DNA of 64,000 nt from Octopus vulgaris (Eukaryota): the NCBI GenBank assembly GCA_951406725.2, contig OX597817.1, positions 49,786,001-49,850,000 of the forward strand. The letters run 5' to 3'. Shown here in pieces: positions 27,143-41,601 of this stretch. Position 1 is the first letter of the stretch; every line of letters starts with the position of its first letter. The notes under the pieces are model-generated. The model made no database searches and was not told the origin of the DNA. It saw only the letters and a list, made by a program, of their open reading frames with translations. Both the position numbers and the translations under genes were made by a program.

Positions 27143-27207
<65 letters not shown>

Positions 27208-27226
27208 ATGTATGTATGTATGTATG

Positions 27227-27287
<61 letters not shown>

Positions 27288-28409
27288 TATATGAACGTTT
27301 GTGCATGTGTGTTTATGTGTGTACATACATACATAGATACAAACATATACACGCACTATTCACCAGTGTTGTCAACACCCAAGGCCGTAATTCCATCAGA
27401 AGTAATTATCAGATTTGTTTTTTTCTATAACAATAATCAGAGTATTGTCTGCAAGGCAACTGGGTTTAGGCCGATTTCCAGGTGAAACGGACAAACAGCA
27501 GAGTTAGAAGGGATTAAAACTGGGTGAATAACGTTGAATCGTGCTAAAAGGACGCCTGCGCCACCTAAGTTGTCTAAGTCATTCGGTACAGAAGAAGAGT
27601 TTTTGTTTTTTTTCTTCGACACCAGATTTTGTCTAATTCTATATTCACTTTCGTTCTACATTTTTTTCATTATTATTCTTTTGCCACTATCATCTGTACT
27701 GCTTGCTCTTTTATTAATGTCTCTCACTAACTTATACTACTTCGTCTCTTTTATTCTTTTTTTTTTTTTACCCGTCACATTGAAGAGAGAAAAAAACAAA
27801 ATGCTAAATGAAGGGCTTTCGCGAATACATTCTTACTCTTCCCGATCATTCATTATTTCATTTCGCCTTCGTTCATCTATCTTTTTCTACACAATTAACA
27901 CGAAATTTACCTATTTCTTTACTACCCACAAGGGGCTAAACACGATTAAGTCGATTATATCGACCCCAGTGCGTAATTGGTACTTAATTTATCGACACCG
28001 AAAGGATGAAAGGCAAGGTCGACCTCGGCGGAATTTGAACTAAGAACGTAAAGACAGACGAAATACCTATTTCTTTACTACCCACAAGGGGCTAAACACA
28101 GAAGGGACAGACAAGGACAGACACTCGGATTTAGTCGATTGCATCGACCCCAGTGCGTAACTGGTACTTATTTAATCGACCCCGAAAGGATGAAAGGCAA
28201 AGTCGACCTCGGCGGAATTTAAACTCAGAATGTAACGGCAGACGAAATACCGCTAAATATTTCGCCCGGCGTGCTAACGTTTCTGCCAGCTCATCGGCTT
28301 CACCATCGTAAAAATGCGGAAGTCTATTGTCCTAAGGAAACGAAAGCAATTTGCGATAGAACCCGGAAGTGACGACACAGGCTTAATTCATGCACAGAAC
28401 GTATTTATA

Positions 28410-30015
28410 CAGTACCGTGCTAAAGTTTTTGGTCACTTTAAACTCTCTCTTTACTTGTTTCAGTCATTTGACTGTGGCCAGGCTGGAGCACCGCATTTAG
28501 TCGAGCAAATCGACCCCATGACTTATTCTTTGGAAGTCTAGTACTTATTCTATCGGTTTCTCTTGCCGAACCGCTAAGTTACGGAGACGTAAACACACGG
28601 TTGTCAAGTGATGTTGGGGGGGACAAACACAGAAGCACAAACATACACACACACACGCACACACGCACACACACACACATACACATACGCACACACACAT
28701 ATATATACATATATACGACGGGCTTCTTTCAGTTTCCGTCTACCAGATCCACTCACAAGGCTTTGGTCGGCCCGAGGCTATAGTAGAAGACACTTGCCCA
28801 AGGTACCACGCAGTGGGACTGAACCCAGAACCATGTGCTTGGTAAGCAAGCTACTTACCACACAGCCACTCCTACGCCTACTATTGTAAATTTCTATTGA
28901 TTACCAACTTATAAGGGATGTTTCGCATTGCGTTTTTTACATATGAAGCATTGGCCCTGCTGGAGTCATTTTTATACCTAATCATTATATTTTGTAGTAG
29001 GGTTTCTGAATGAGAGAAGATGCGAGACGACCACCAAAATTGACCGTGCTAAAGTTTTCGGCCACCTCACATCAACCAATCAGGATATAGTATTTTAAAA
29101 CAGAAAAATGTCGATAAAGAAAATTTATTACAATGTTCATTTCAAGAAGTTATTGTATATTGTTAATATTTCGTGTGGCTTCCTTAGCTTGAATAATTGC
29201 TTCAATGCGCCTGGGAAGAGATGCGTACAATTCCTTCAATATTTTCACAGATATGAGATGCCATTCTCTGTTGCTAAGCTCCCACAACTCTTCAAGATTG
29301 GTGGAGGCACATGACCTAGTGGTTAGAGCAGCGGACTCGCGGTCGAGGGATCGCGGGTTCGAATCTCAGACTGGGTGATGTGTGTGTTTATGAGCGAAAC
29401 ACCTAAGCTCCATGCGGTTTCGGCAGAAGGTAATGGTGAACTTCTGCTGATTTTTTCGCCACAACTTTCTCTCACTCTTTCCTCCTGCATCTTGCAGCAC
29501 ACCTGCGACGGACCGGCGTCCCGTCCAGGTGGGGAACCTATACGCCAAGGAAACCGGGAAACCGGGAAACCGGCCCTAATGAGCCAGGTATGGCTTGAGA
29601 AGGAACAAACAACAACAACTCTTCAAGATTGCGTGGATTCTTCTGACGAACCCTTCTCTTTAGTTCTGTCCATATTTCCTCGATGATATTTAAGAGAGGG
29701 TTCTGAGCTGACCAGTCTTTCAATACGGTAACACCTTCATCAGCCAGACTCCGTTGTGCTGCATACGATCTGTAGCATGAAGCTCCGTCATGCGGAAAAA
29801 TCTCACCTTCGTCCAAGTCTCGTATGAAATTGTCCTTCAGCATGTATTTGGATGTATTTGGCACTATTCAAGTTACCGTCAATTTTCACCAACTTTCTAG
29901 AACCATCATTTTTTATGTGTCCCCAAAAAAACCAGACTCTTATCCCGAAATTTCACTATTTTCGTGTAACGTGGGTCATTTCGCTTTCTTGGAGGCCTTC
30001 TGAATATTCTCGCTT
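28410..30015 (-). mobile_element. Tc1-like (DD34E-type) element, 3' part, with two nested SINEs
   Basis: TA-CAGTACCGTGCTAAAGTTTT terminus with an inner direct repeat at ~29043. Minus-strand HDGASCYRS...DWSAQNPLLNIIEEIWTELKRRV. Confidence 0.75.
29301..29614 (+). mobile_element. tRNA-derived SINE family F with a 17-bp TSD. Second copy at ~17198-17472(-)
   Basis: A box TGACCTAGTGG, B box GGTTCGAATCT, (AAC)n tail. TSD ACAACTCTTCAAGATTG at 29284-29300 and 29615-29631. Confidence 0.9.
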
Positions 30016-30134
30016 ATTAGACAAGCAAATCTGTGGTATTGAGCAGAATATTTGCTGTAGCCCATCTTTTATACCAAGACAAAACAATGTACATGATAAC
30101 ACATCCAATCAGTTAATTTTGGTTAATAATAATA

Positions 30135-30221
<87 letters not shown>

Positions 30222-31636
30222 GTAATAATATTCTTCTTCTTCTTCTTCTTCTTCTTCTTCTTCTTCTTCTTCTTCTTCTTCTTCTTCTTCTTCTTCTACT
30301 TATTATTATTATTATTAACTTAGGTGTTACTGGAACTCCTGGAGTCTTGCGTGCGTAGCGGGCTTGCTGCCTGTTTCCCAGCTATATGGTTCCTGGATCA
30401 GTCCCATTGCGTATCACCTTGGGCAAGTATCTTCTACTATTGCCTGGGGCCGACCAAAGTCTTGTGAGTGGATTTGATAGACGAAAACTGAAAAAGAACC
30501 CTCATATATATCTAAATATATGTGTGTGTGTGTGTCCCACCACCGCTTGACAACTGGCGTTGGTAAGTCTACGTGCCCGTAACTTAGCAGTTCGGCAAAA
30601 GAGACCGATAGAATAATTAGCTAGCTTAACAAAAAATTAAGTACAGGGGTCGATTCATTCGAGTATAGTCCGCCCCTGAGTATAATACGCTGGGGATTTT
30701 TAGAGGGCTGTACTTTGAAAAACCTAAACCTTGTGTATAATACGCACCCCTTCTCTACTTGAGTCGTGCGTAATTAAGCCAGCAGCACCTAGTCGAACAA
30801 ACACTTCCGCGCATGCGTAACACAATAATAGTGATGTTCTTAACTGTTATATGGGAATGTAAATATGTTTGCAAATTGTTTTTGTTACATGTTATTCTGT
30901 GTTCTGAATGCTTTTATTTTAATAAATGCTGCTTACTGCAAGTTATGGATGATTATTTTATGACTTCATTGCTTTCAGGCTTAGCTTAAGGTATTTTCGC
31001 GCCCGACATCACAAAATGCGTCTGAATAAACATTGCCAGACAGCAAATAGAGGCTCGGACATTGCTTCGAAAATATTTTTCATTTTTAACCTCGTATATA
31101 GTACGCACTAGGGCTTTTGACCTTTAAATTTTGGGGGGAAAATGCAGATTATACTCGAGGATTTACGGTAAAACAAATACTTCAAGGCGGTGCCCCTGCA
31201 CGGCCGCAGTCTAATGACTGAAACAAGTAAATGTTATAGGATAAAAGATACGTATATATATATATACGATGGATTTCCACAGGGTTTCCGTGAACCAAGA
31301 TCACTCGCAAAGCTTTGGTCAGTGCAGGGATATAGTGGAAGACACTTGCCCGAGGTGCTACGCTGTAGGATTGAACCCGCAACCGTATTGTTACTGCAAA
31401 TTGAATTTTTAAATCACACAGCCATGCTCGTTCATATTTTGTGGTTTTTATTTTTTTATTGCACAACATGTTTACAAAGACGAACCATATTTCTTGGCGG
31501 CGAAGATGCTGTGATCTCGAAGACGCACCCTAAAATTTTGAAAGAAGATACGTGTGTGTGTGTGCTTTTATATGTATATATACATATGTGTATAAGTATA
31601 TATATACATATAAGTATATGGATATATATATGTATG

Positions 31637-31870
<234 letters not shown>

Positions 31871-32004
31871 ATATGTATGCATATGTATATGTATGTATGC
31901 ATACATATATGTATTTATATATATATATATGTATGCATATGTATATATGCATATGTATATATGCATATGTATATATGTATATATGTGTATATATATATGT
32001 ATAT

Positions 32005-32051
<47 letters not shown>

Positions 32052-33010
32052 TACATATATATTAATATATGTATATATGTATGCATCCATGTATGTATGC
32101 ACGTATGTATGCATGTATGTACGCATGTATGTATAAAAGCAATACCTCAGCACTTTCTCGTACTCTATCAGGATGTTTGTTTGTGATTTAGCGACATAGA
32201 GATCCTGTTTTTTCTCTTACAGTCCACAAAACAGCGCAATACAAAATAAATAAATGAATAAATAATGCAAGAATTGAATACTTTCACATATTTTACCAAG
32301 ATGTTTTGTTAGTGGCTTAGCAAAAGACAGATCCTGTTTATCACTTATTAGCCACATTTTCCTTTAGATTTTACACAAAGGAGAAACGATACGGCTGCAT
32401 CTATTACAGCTGAAGGGAATGTACCTCTAGGAGCGGCTTGCATCTAAATAAACAACCGTTTGGGTTTCACCTATATACTATATACTATAAATCGAAAAGC
32501 TTCGATTAAGAGGGATTATACGCGCAAACAGTAAATAAATAATTTTTTCTAGAGGTGTTTAAAAACGCCACGTTGACTGGAATTAAGAGACCGCAAAACT
32601 TAACTGTACAAAACAACAGAACACAAACAAAACAGAATATAGATGTTTGGTTACAATAATAGTCTTTATTATTAAAGAGATTTACTGGATAAAATTTTTT
32701 TAAGATACCCCAGTTTTACTTCTTTTCTCGTTTGATGATAATACTGTAATAAAAGCAGGGTTGTTTGGGGAGAGTCAAAATACCGGAAAATTGATATACA
32801 GCATGAAATTTATTCGTTGTCAATTAGTTCGTTTAGCTTATGTTATCAATAAGGAAGTGAATTTTAAGCGATTACTTATATGTATGCATACGTGGCGAAA
32901 TAACGGCACACAGACACACAAACAAACAAGCTTACTGTTAACAAAAGTCGGGATGCGTGGCGTTCAGTTACTCAATAAATGAAAGTACATTATATACTAC
33001 AAAACGTACA

Positions 33011-33138
33011 CGTAAGACGGACACAGAAGGACCCTGATTCTTCATCAGTTATCGACCAAAATACTCATGAATCTGAATATTAGTATTTTGGGGTCGATAA
33101 CTGATGAAGAATTAGGGTCCTTCTGTGTCTGTCCTACG
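33011..33138. repeat. Long near-perfect hairpin (~55-bp arms)
   Basis: CGTAAGACGGACACAGAAGGACCCTGATTCTTCATCAGTTATCGACC-AAAATACT is reverse-complementary to AGTATTTTGGGGTCGATAACTGATGAAGAATTAGGGTCCTTCTGTGTCTGTCCTACG. Confidence 0.9.
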
Positions 33139-33464
33139 CGGTTTACATCTCCTTGGTTGGTATTTAGATGCAAATGTTCGCTAGATCCAGTAAGTGGATT
33201 ATTGAACCTTTGCTGCATTTTGCTATTGTTTATGCGATGCATAAGCTGCTCTAAATTAGCAGAGTTGGCATAGGATAGTTTTACGGTGTGTCGATTAAAA
33301 ATAGCATAATCCTTGGTGTCCTATGGCTACCTGAGTTTCTTAGCAGCTTCTAGTCGCTTGGATTTTGCTCCTCTACGATGGAGCGGTCCGACTGACCTGC
33401 AGGATACTGAGGCCCATTTCCTCGCATTGTTTTAACTTTTTAGATGAAGCCAACCTGCTGGGGT

Positions 33465-33756
33465 GGAGCAGAGTGAATGATATGATCGCAGAGTACCGAA
33501 AACAAAAGTTCCGCCGGGCCAGACATGTCACAAGGCTTCACAGACAACAGGTGAACCTGCGCTGTTGCCGAGCTGTATCCAAGAGTTTGAAAAAGGCCAC
33601 TTGGAAGGCTGCCACGACGATGGAAAGACGATTTAATTAAGCAATTTTGGTCAAGGTAGAAAATAATGGCGCAATCAAGACAGAATTGGAAACGCATTGT
33701 GACCAGCCGTTTATAAAAGCATCTGATGGTCTGGTCGATACTGTGATACTGTGATA
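33465..33756 (+). mobile_element. RTE-clade LINE 3' fragment
   Basis: Frameshifted translation resembling KFRWAGHV.R.TDNRW....W.P...KRPLGRP..RWKDDL. Ends in a (GATACTGT)n tail. Confidence 0.65.
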
Positions 33757-34159
33757 TCCATAATATGCAACAGATGCAGTATTAGATTAAAATAGCCACC
33801 CTTGTATCTTATACTACTTCTGTTGCATCTAATGAATTTTTATTCAGCCGGGCGGTCAATTGCAGCATCAGTGATTGTTCAATCATTATTTTCTTGTCTC
33901 AGTAACGACGGATCTTTATTATCAGTTGACAGAGAGCCCATGCAACTGACAACGCCCAACGAGGCTGAAATGTACACCTGCTATTCTCACTGCTGCAGTA
34001 AGATTTTCGACTTTTGCGCTTTTAAACACGACAGGTCCGTGGGAAATATCTCCGGACGAATACCTCCGTAAATTTGCTTTTTCGTGACGTCTCTACATTG
34101 AGTATAATTCACTGAAAGTTCTCTTTCTCTCTCCTTGTCTCCGCGTGTCCGTCTGTATG

Positions 34160-34272
<113 letters not shown>

Positions 34273-35183
34273 TGCGCGCACGTGCGTGATTTTTCATGAT
34301 ACTTTTGGTTTATCCACTGAATATAATTTATACACTTCATTTTAATATGCGATAAAGGAGTTCAGATCACATTCTTTCTAACTTTTCTGGAAATGAAATT
34401 GGTTAATAAAAATGTAAGCTTTATCCTCTTGGATGCAAATTTTCGAGGATTATTTTATGCAAGAAAGTTTATTAGCTAACGTCATCGATAGTTGTTAAAT
34501 GTGTTGATTAAAGGAGGTACAAATGAAATGTAAAGCAAAAACAAAGCATAAAAATGCAACCTATCAATCTATCAACACATGAGTGAGATGCTGTTGAAGC
34601 AGGGATTCGAACCCTAACAGCTAGATACTCGATCTAACACCATGAGTGAACCACCAGAGTTTCATATGATCGGTCTATAAATTGGCCATTCAGCGTTAGG
34701 CTGCGGCGTGATATGGTTTTCTCGAATGTTCTAAAATTTAACTTCTTGTTCCTTATAAAAATTGGTTTTGGCGCTAAACTCGTCGCACAGAGTTGAAGAA
34801 AGCTTAACCGATTTGCGTGCCTCCTCTCTGGCCATGCAGATGGTTCTGGACATACATGCATACATACATACATACATACATACATACATACATACATACA
34901 TACATACATACATACACATACATACATACACACACACACACATACATACATATATACATACACACACACATAGTCGTTGAATGCTCGAAATGAGGAGTAG
35001 GTAGACAGCTGACAACTGATGAAGGGTCGTTCTTTGTGTTGTCTTGTTTTCAATTTTTTTCCTCTCGTTGTTTGCGTATTTAACTCGCTTGTTTTCGTAT
35101 TTCATGTTGTTTACGGTTGGTGACGTCCATATATGCATATATGTGTGTGCATGTATGTATGTATATATATATATATATATATA

Positions 35184-35306
<123 letters not shown>

Positions 35307-35558
35307 TATACATATACACACACACATAATATATACACACATACACACACCTATATATTAAACTAAAGCACACAAATAAAAATGTATCAATTTTACAAAC
35401 CATTATCAAATCGCTGTCGATGCCCGCGGCACAGGCAGCAAAAATACGATGCAAATCTTCAATAGGTAAACCTACAGAATGATGATAGTAGCAATCTAAG
35501 TACACATGTTCTAAGCAACGAACTGTTTTCTGAACAATACAAAAATATAATCATCCAC

Positions 35559-35606
<48 letters not shown>

Positions 35607-35789
35607 TGTGAGAGAGAGAGTGAGAGTAGACATACTGATAGCACGAACACACAAACACAACATACACACACACACACACACACTGATACACAAACACACA
35701 CATTTATGATTCCAAAGCGTTCAGAACCAGTGGAGACAGCACGAGTGTGATAAAAGTGTATTAAAAACGCACCATCATATCAACGATGA

Positions 35790-37020
35790 TGATGATGATG
35801 ATGATAATGATGAAGACGATGATGATGAAGATGATGATGATGATGAAGATGGTGTCTTCTCACTCTTCTCCTGCTTTCCCTCCTCCCCCTCTTTTCACTC
35901 TTTCCCCCTCTTCTCATTCCTCCCCCTCATCCTACATCCCCCTTCTTCGCCCTCTTCTCTTCTTCCTCTCTTCCTCCTAATCTTACTTCCCCTCTCTCTC
36001 TCTCTTTTCACTCTTCCCCTTTTTCCCTCTCTTCTCACTCTCTCCCCGCTTCTCCCGCCTCCGCCTCCGCCTCCTCCTCCGCTTCTTCTCCTTTTTCTCC
36101 TCCTCCCCTCTTCTCTTCTTTCCCCTTCTTCCTACCTCACCCCTCTTCGCATTCTTCCCCCTCTTCCCCTCCTGTCCCTCTTCTCACTTCCCCTTCATCA
36201 CCCTCTTCTCACTCCTCTTCCTCTTCCCCTCTTGGCATTCTTCCTCGCTTCCCCTTCTCCCCTCTCTAACTCTTCCCTCTTCCCCTCCTCTTTCCTTTCT
36301 CCGCTTCTCACTCTTTCCCATCTTCTCACTTCTCTTCCTCTTCCTACTTCCACTCCTTGCTCCTTCTCTTCCACCCCTTCCTCTATTTCTCCCATTCCTG
36401 TCATTCTTCCTCTCTCCTCTTCCTCCCTTTCCACCCTTTCCTCATCTTTTTCGTTTTCTTCATCTTTCTCTTCTCTTCCCTCTTTTTGCCCTTCCTTCCC
36501 TTCTATCTTTCTCTTTTACTTCTTCTCCGTCCTTTTCCTCCTCTCCCTTCCCTTTGCCTTCTTCCTCCCCCTGTTCATCTCTTTCCTCCCCTTTCACTCC
36601 CTCGTTCCTCCCACTCTTCCTCCCCCGGTGATGATAAAGATGATGATGAGGGGAAGAAGGTGGAAGGTGAGGAATAGGAGGAGGAGGAGGAGGAGGGGAG
36701 GAGGAAGGGTAGAGGAGGAAGACGAGGAGGAGCAAGAGGAGAATGAGGAGTAGAGGGAAGGAGAAGAGGGGGAAGAAGGGATAGAGGAGGAGGAAGAGTA
36801 GAAGAGGAGCAAGAAGGAGAGGAGGGAGAGGAGGATGAAGGGGAAGATGAAGGGGAGGAGCAGGAGGAGGAAGAGGAGAGGAGGAAGAAAAGGAAGAGGA
36901 GGAAGAAAAGGAAGAGGAGGATAATAATAATAATAATAATAATAATAAGAAGAAGAAGAACAAGAACAAGAAGAACAAGAAGAACAAGAAGATGAAGAAG
37001 AAGAAGAATAGGACGAGGAG
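35790..37020. repeat. Polypyrimidine tract followed by a polypurine tract (low complexity)
   Basis: About 760 bp almost only C/T (35860-36625), then about 370 bp almost only A/G (36650-37020), with the strand switch at a (GAT)n-like linker. Confidence 0.9.
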
Positions 37021-37401
37021 TATGGTCACATCAATTATCCACGATGGCAGTATTTACGTTATGAAGTAGCGAGGTACCAAATCTCAGGTTTCGACTGAGA
37101 AGTAATTGCTGAAACCTTTTGTAAAATCCGATGTCTATCAAGGGATTCGATCCTAACGACTGCGAGTTGGAAATCTACAAACCTGGGAGAAGGTACTTAC
37201 TTTTTAACAAAGTAATTGAGGATCAGTCGGGGCGCATTTCGCCCGTCTCATGCTCTGAGTTCAAATTTCGCCGTGGTCGACTTTGCCTTTCTTCCTTTCG
37301 GGGTCGATAAATTAAACACCAGTGAAACACTGGGGTCGATGTAATTGGCTAAATCCCTCTCACCAAAAAATTTCAGGCCTTGTGCCATTAGCATAAAAGA
37401 C

Positions 37402-37458
<57 letters not shown>

Positions 37459-38114
37459 GTGAGAGAGCAGTGCATGCCTTCAAAGTGACACTGGGGTAAA
37501 ATATACGAAGCCCTGTATACCCATCATGACTAACCGTCTGATAAGGGTACACTAGGCACATGCATCACAACCATATGAGCGCGACATGGTGATCTCATAT
37601 CAAGATAAACAGCGCATGAGCATGCAGGTGGGGCCCAGTTAGAATTTTCTTTTGGTCGAGTAGCCCATCTCGCTCAAAATGTCCCTGAATAAGGATTGTT
37701 TAAGGATGCTGAACGAACCACCCATGTTTCCAAAGTGAATTATCCAAACCTCTAAGAATTCCTTTCAACACACGGTTATGATGCTACCCTACTACTTCTG
37801 CTCGTGGTCAGAGATGCACATATCGTCAGCCACTAAGAGAAATGCTCAACTGGTTAAGGCCAAGCAACTGATAAGCAAATCTGTGGTATTGAGGAGAATA
37901 TTTACTGTAGGCCATATTTTATACCAAGACAAAACAATGTACATGATAACACTTTCCAATCACTTAAGACCAGAAGCCATGAGAGCCACTGTCTGGTACT
38001 GCATCAAGGCATTTATACTGCATCAGGGCATTTGTACTGTTGTTGTTGTTGTTGTTGTTGTTGTTGTCGTCGTCGTCGTCGACAGCATCATCATTATTAT
38101 CATTATCATTATTA

Positions 38115-38161
<47 letters not shown>

Positions 38162-38164
<3 letters not shown>

Positions 38165-38690
38165 ATTATATGTTTGACTTTTGCTTTACATTTGTACTAG
38201 TTGGCTCCAAGTCTCATCCAGAGACCTCAAGAGACAACAAGTTGGAAGTTCATGTTGGTGTTATGCCTAGTGTGCCATATATTTGGTTTTGTACTTAGTG
38301 TTGTACTAGTGAATGTCTAAAAAACCATACGAAAATTATGTTTGTTTTAAACCTTGAGATTACATAGAAAGTATTTTGCGTAGTATATTAGCACTATCTT
38401 TTGAATTTCTGCCATTTTGGGGTTTCCTGGTACCTGAGTTAGGTAGCAATCAGCCCCTTTTGCTATCATTCCCAGGGCACCTATGAGAACAGGTATTGTT
38501 TTAGTCTTAAGGTTCCACATTTTGCTGATTTCTATTTCAAGATCCTTATATTTGCTCAGTTTTTGGTAGGTCTTTACAGATACGTTTACATATGCTCTTT
38601 GTCTAAAGTCTTTCAATATGATGTCTGGCCTGTTTGCATCTATCTTTCTGTCAGTTTGAATGGCGAAGTTCCAGAGGAGTGAGATGTGGC
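38162..38690 (-). mobile_element. R4/Dong-like non-LTR retrotransposon 3' fragment (restriction-like endonuclease) embedded in (TAA)n
   Basis: Minus-strand RPDIILKDF...KLSKYKDLEIEISKMW....IPVLIGALG...EIQKIVL fits the PD..D..K..KY RLE signature. Flanked on both sides by (TTA)n arrays. Confidence 0.8.
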
Positions 38691-38772
<82 letters not shown>

Positions 38773-39184
38773 GTGTGTGTGTCTGTCTAGTAAAACAGTT
38801 GAGTATGAGGATGCCCGAGGGAAATATCTCTACAGTTGAAGTGTACTTCTAGTCACGAAATGCACACGTCAATCAAGTAGCTAATCTGATACTAACTCTA
38901 CATCTCTTTCTCTTCGGTAAGAGTATGTTTTGTGCGTAAAACGTAAGGGATTTGCCACTCCAGCTGTAGCTTTAAGTGCACAAACCTTCCTTAGATATGC
39001 GTGAGTGTATATTCGCTAACATTCTTCCATAGAAATAACGTGTGTTCAAGAAAAAGTATGAACCGTCATAGAAGTCAGCTGCCGCCTGCAGATGTGAATA
39101 TCTTTTCGAAAATCAAAGAGAAATAGGAAAACTAGAAACAATTGCGTCAATACCCAGATCATAAATTCACATTTATATTTATAA

Positions 39185-39222
39185 CTAGCAGAGTTACCCG
39201 GCCTTGCTCGGGATTAGAATGG
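39185..39222 (-). mobile_element. Helitron 3' terminus fragment
   Basis: Minus strand CCCGAGCAAGGCCGGG hairpin, then TAACTCTG-CTAG|T, matching the 3' end of the 42925-43456 Helitron. Confidence 0.6.
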
Positions 39223-39788
39223 TATAGCTGGCAGAGACGTTAGCACGCCGGGCGAAATGCTTAGCGGTATTTCGTCTGCCGCTACATTCTGAGTTCAAAT
39301 TCCGCCGAGGTTGACTTTGCCTTCCATCCTTTCGGGGTCGATAAATTAAGTACCAGTTACGCACTGGGATCGATGTAATCGACTTAATCCGTTCGTCTGT
39401 CCTTGTTTGTCTCCTCTGTGTTTAGCTCCTTGTGGGCAGTAAAGAAGTAGGTATAGTTTTTCTTATTATTTTACTTCACAGAGTCATATGACTGCGGCCA
39501 CGTTGGAGCACCGCCATTGGTTGAAAAAAATCGACCACAGGATTTATTCTTTGTAAGCCTAGTATTTATTCCATCATTGTCTTTTGTTGAACCGCTAAGT
39601 TATGGGAACGTAAACACAGTTACTTCGGTTGTCAAGCAATGGTGGGGGTACAAGCACCGACACAGACATACACACAAATATACACATATATACGAAAGTC
39701 TTCTTTCAGCTTCCGTGTACGAAATCCACTCACAAGGCTTAGGTCGGCTCGAGGCTGTGTGTGTGTATATATATATGCATATACGTGC

Positions 39789-39831
<43 letters not shown>

Positions 39832-39900
39832 AACACATATGCATATATATATATATATATACACATGTGTATATATACATGTACACACATGTATCACATG

Positions 39901-39974
<74 letters not shown>

Positions 39975-39983
39975 ATGGATATA

Positions 39984-40300
39984 TCTTAATATATAAAATC
40001 TGTTCTGTCTGTCTGTTTATGCGCTTATAACTCGAGTGTTGTTCATCCGATGGCGCTGAAATTTTAAACATGGATACACGTTAAAAAGATTTTCAAAATA
40101 GTTTCAAGGTGAGAATCGCTATTTTTGTAATCTTTTTGTCCTGTTTGTTCCGCCATTAAAATCAACCAGTGGCTCAGACAGCCGGCACATGCCATTTCGC
40201 TAGCAACAAGGGGAATACAGGATAACAGTCAGCCAAAACCGTCGCTATGCATTTCTCTCTTATGACGTCCAATTCCACTTTGAAGTTGTATATATATTGT
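39984..40300 (+). mobile_element. Probable Helitron 5' fragment
   Basis: A|TCTTAATATATAAAATCTGTTCTGTCTGTCTG start typical of animal non-autonomous Helitrons. Right boundary uncertain. Confidence 0.4.
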
Positions 40301-41601
40301 GTTAATATTCGTTATCAATCAGTTGTCCTTATTGAGAAGAAGCAGTCAAAAGTAACCACCACGTAGAATCACCAAACCTCTCCATTACTTAACACTGTCC
40401 AAGTTAACCCTTTTCACCTTTACAGCTGACATAAAAAGCTACACAAAAAAAGAGAAAAAAATTGATTGCTATTAAAACGCGTAAAATTTTGGGGTTAATA
40501 ATATTAATCTTTAGTTACAGTTTCTTATCCAAACTACATAATAGGCAGAATTATCGGATTAAGACAGTAGGGTGTTTTGTGGGAAGTTTGGCTGTTATTT
40601 CTACCAGGTCTAGCTACCATGTAGAGGTCTCTCTCATTGGCTCATACATACATGTATACATAAAATCGAAATAAAATACATACAGTAACAGTCGTCAAAT
40701 ACAAAAGCCAAGGTCCATGCAGTGTCATAGTCGAAAAAAATTTCCAGCTTCGTGCCTAATGCGAGCCCAGAGCAATCTTTTATATCTTACACTATTTCAG
40801 TATTACGTCTCTATTGTAATGTGAGATAATAATTTCAGTTTGAAAGAAGTTTGTCCTATATATATATATATATTATGCATTCCAAAACCGAGTTACAGAT
40901 TTTGACTATGGGGTATCAAGTGATTCAGTACTATTTCGGCTACAAATTAAACTTAAGTTCCGTTCACATATTTGCATTTCAAAAATTTAACGTAATCTTT
41001 TCCATAAATCAACTATCGTAAACATGGATATAGTTTGTCTGATGTAACTTGAATCGGATAGGTATGTTCAATTCTTTCAGTGCTCTCAAATTTAAAATCC
41101 TGAAATACTGTGCTGAAGAGCGAGAATGATTGCAATGAAAATGCGATTTTTGCATTTTTCATATCTATCTAACTCCGAAACGCGTCCACAGTTAATCAAA
41201 TGCCGGGTGAATTTCATTGTTTTTCCTCTCAGTCTACGTGAATTGTTTTTGAGTATATGTTATCTGGGAGTTTTTCTTATAGTAGAATGAAATAGCTAAT
41301 TTCTTTGGCTGCTATTTCTAAATTTCGGTATGTGGTGAAGCACATTTTTTTTTTTGTTGAACCGTAATTATAATTATACTCATAATTATAAAAAAAATAT
41401 TGTTTAAGTTTACCGATAATGGTCCTTTTAACATGCAGAATACTACTTGGTGGAATTATTAATTATTAATTAATTAATTTTACCTTTTATTATTATTGAT
41501 ACACACACACACACATATTATTCATATCATTATTTGATTGAACGCCATGCATCCATTTCCAAGTATGTATATATATTTATATATATATATACATTTATAT
41601 A

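Noticed and set aside
29301-29375. tRNA gene (A and B boxes)
   Set aside because: It continues into a repeated body with an (AAC)n tail and a 17-bp TSD, so it is a SINE head. No complete cloverleaf was found here or at other SINE heads.
34980-35045. Hammerhead at GACAA-CTGATGA-AGGG...TTGTC
   Set aside because: No GAAA box or stem III in the required position.
36198-37029. Ser/Pro/Glu-rich protein ORFs
   Set aside because: Products of purine/pyrimidine low-complexity tracts that are open in several frames on both strands.
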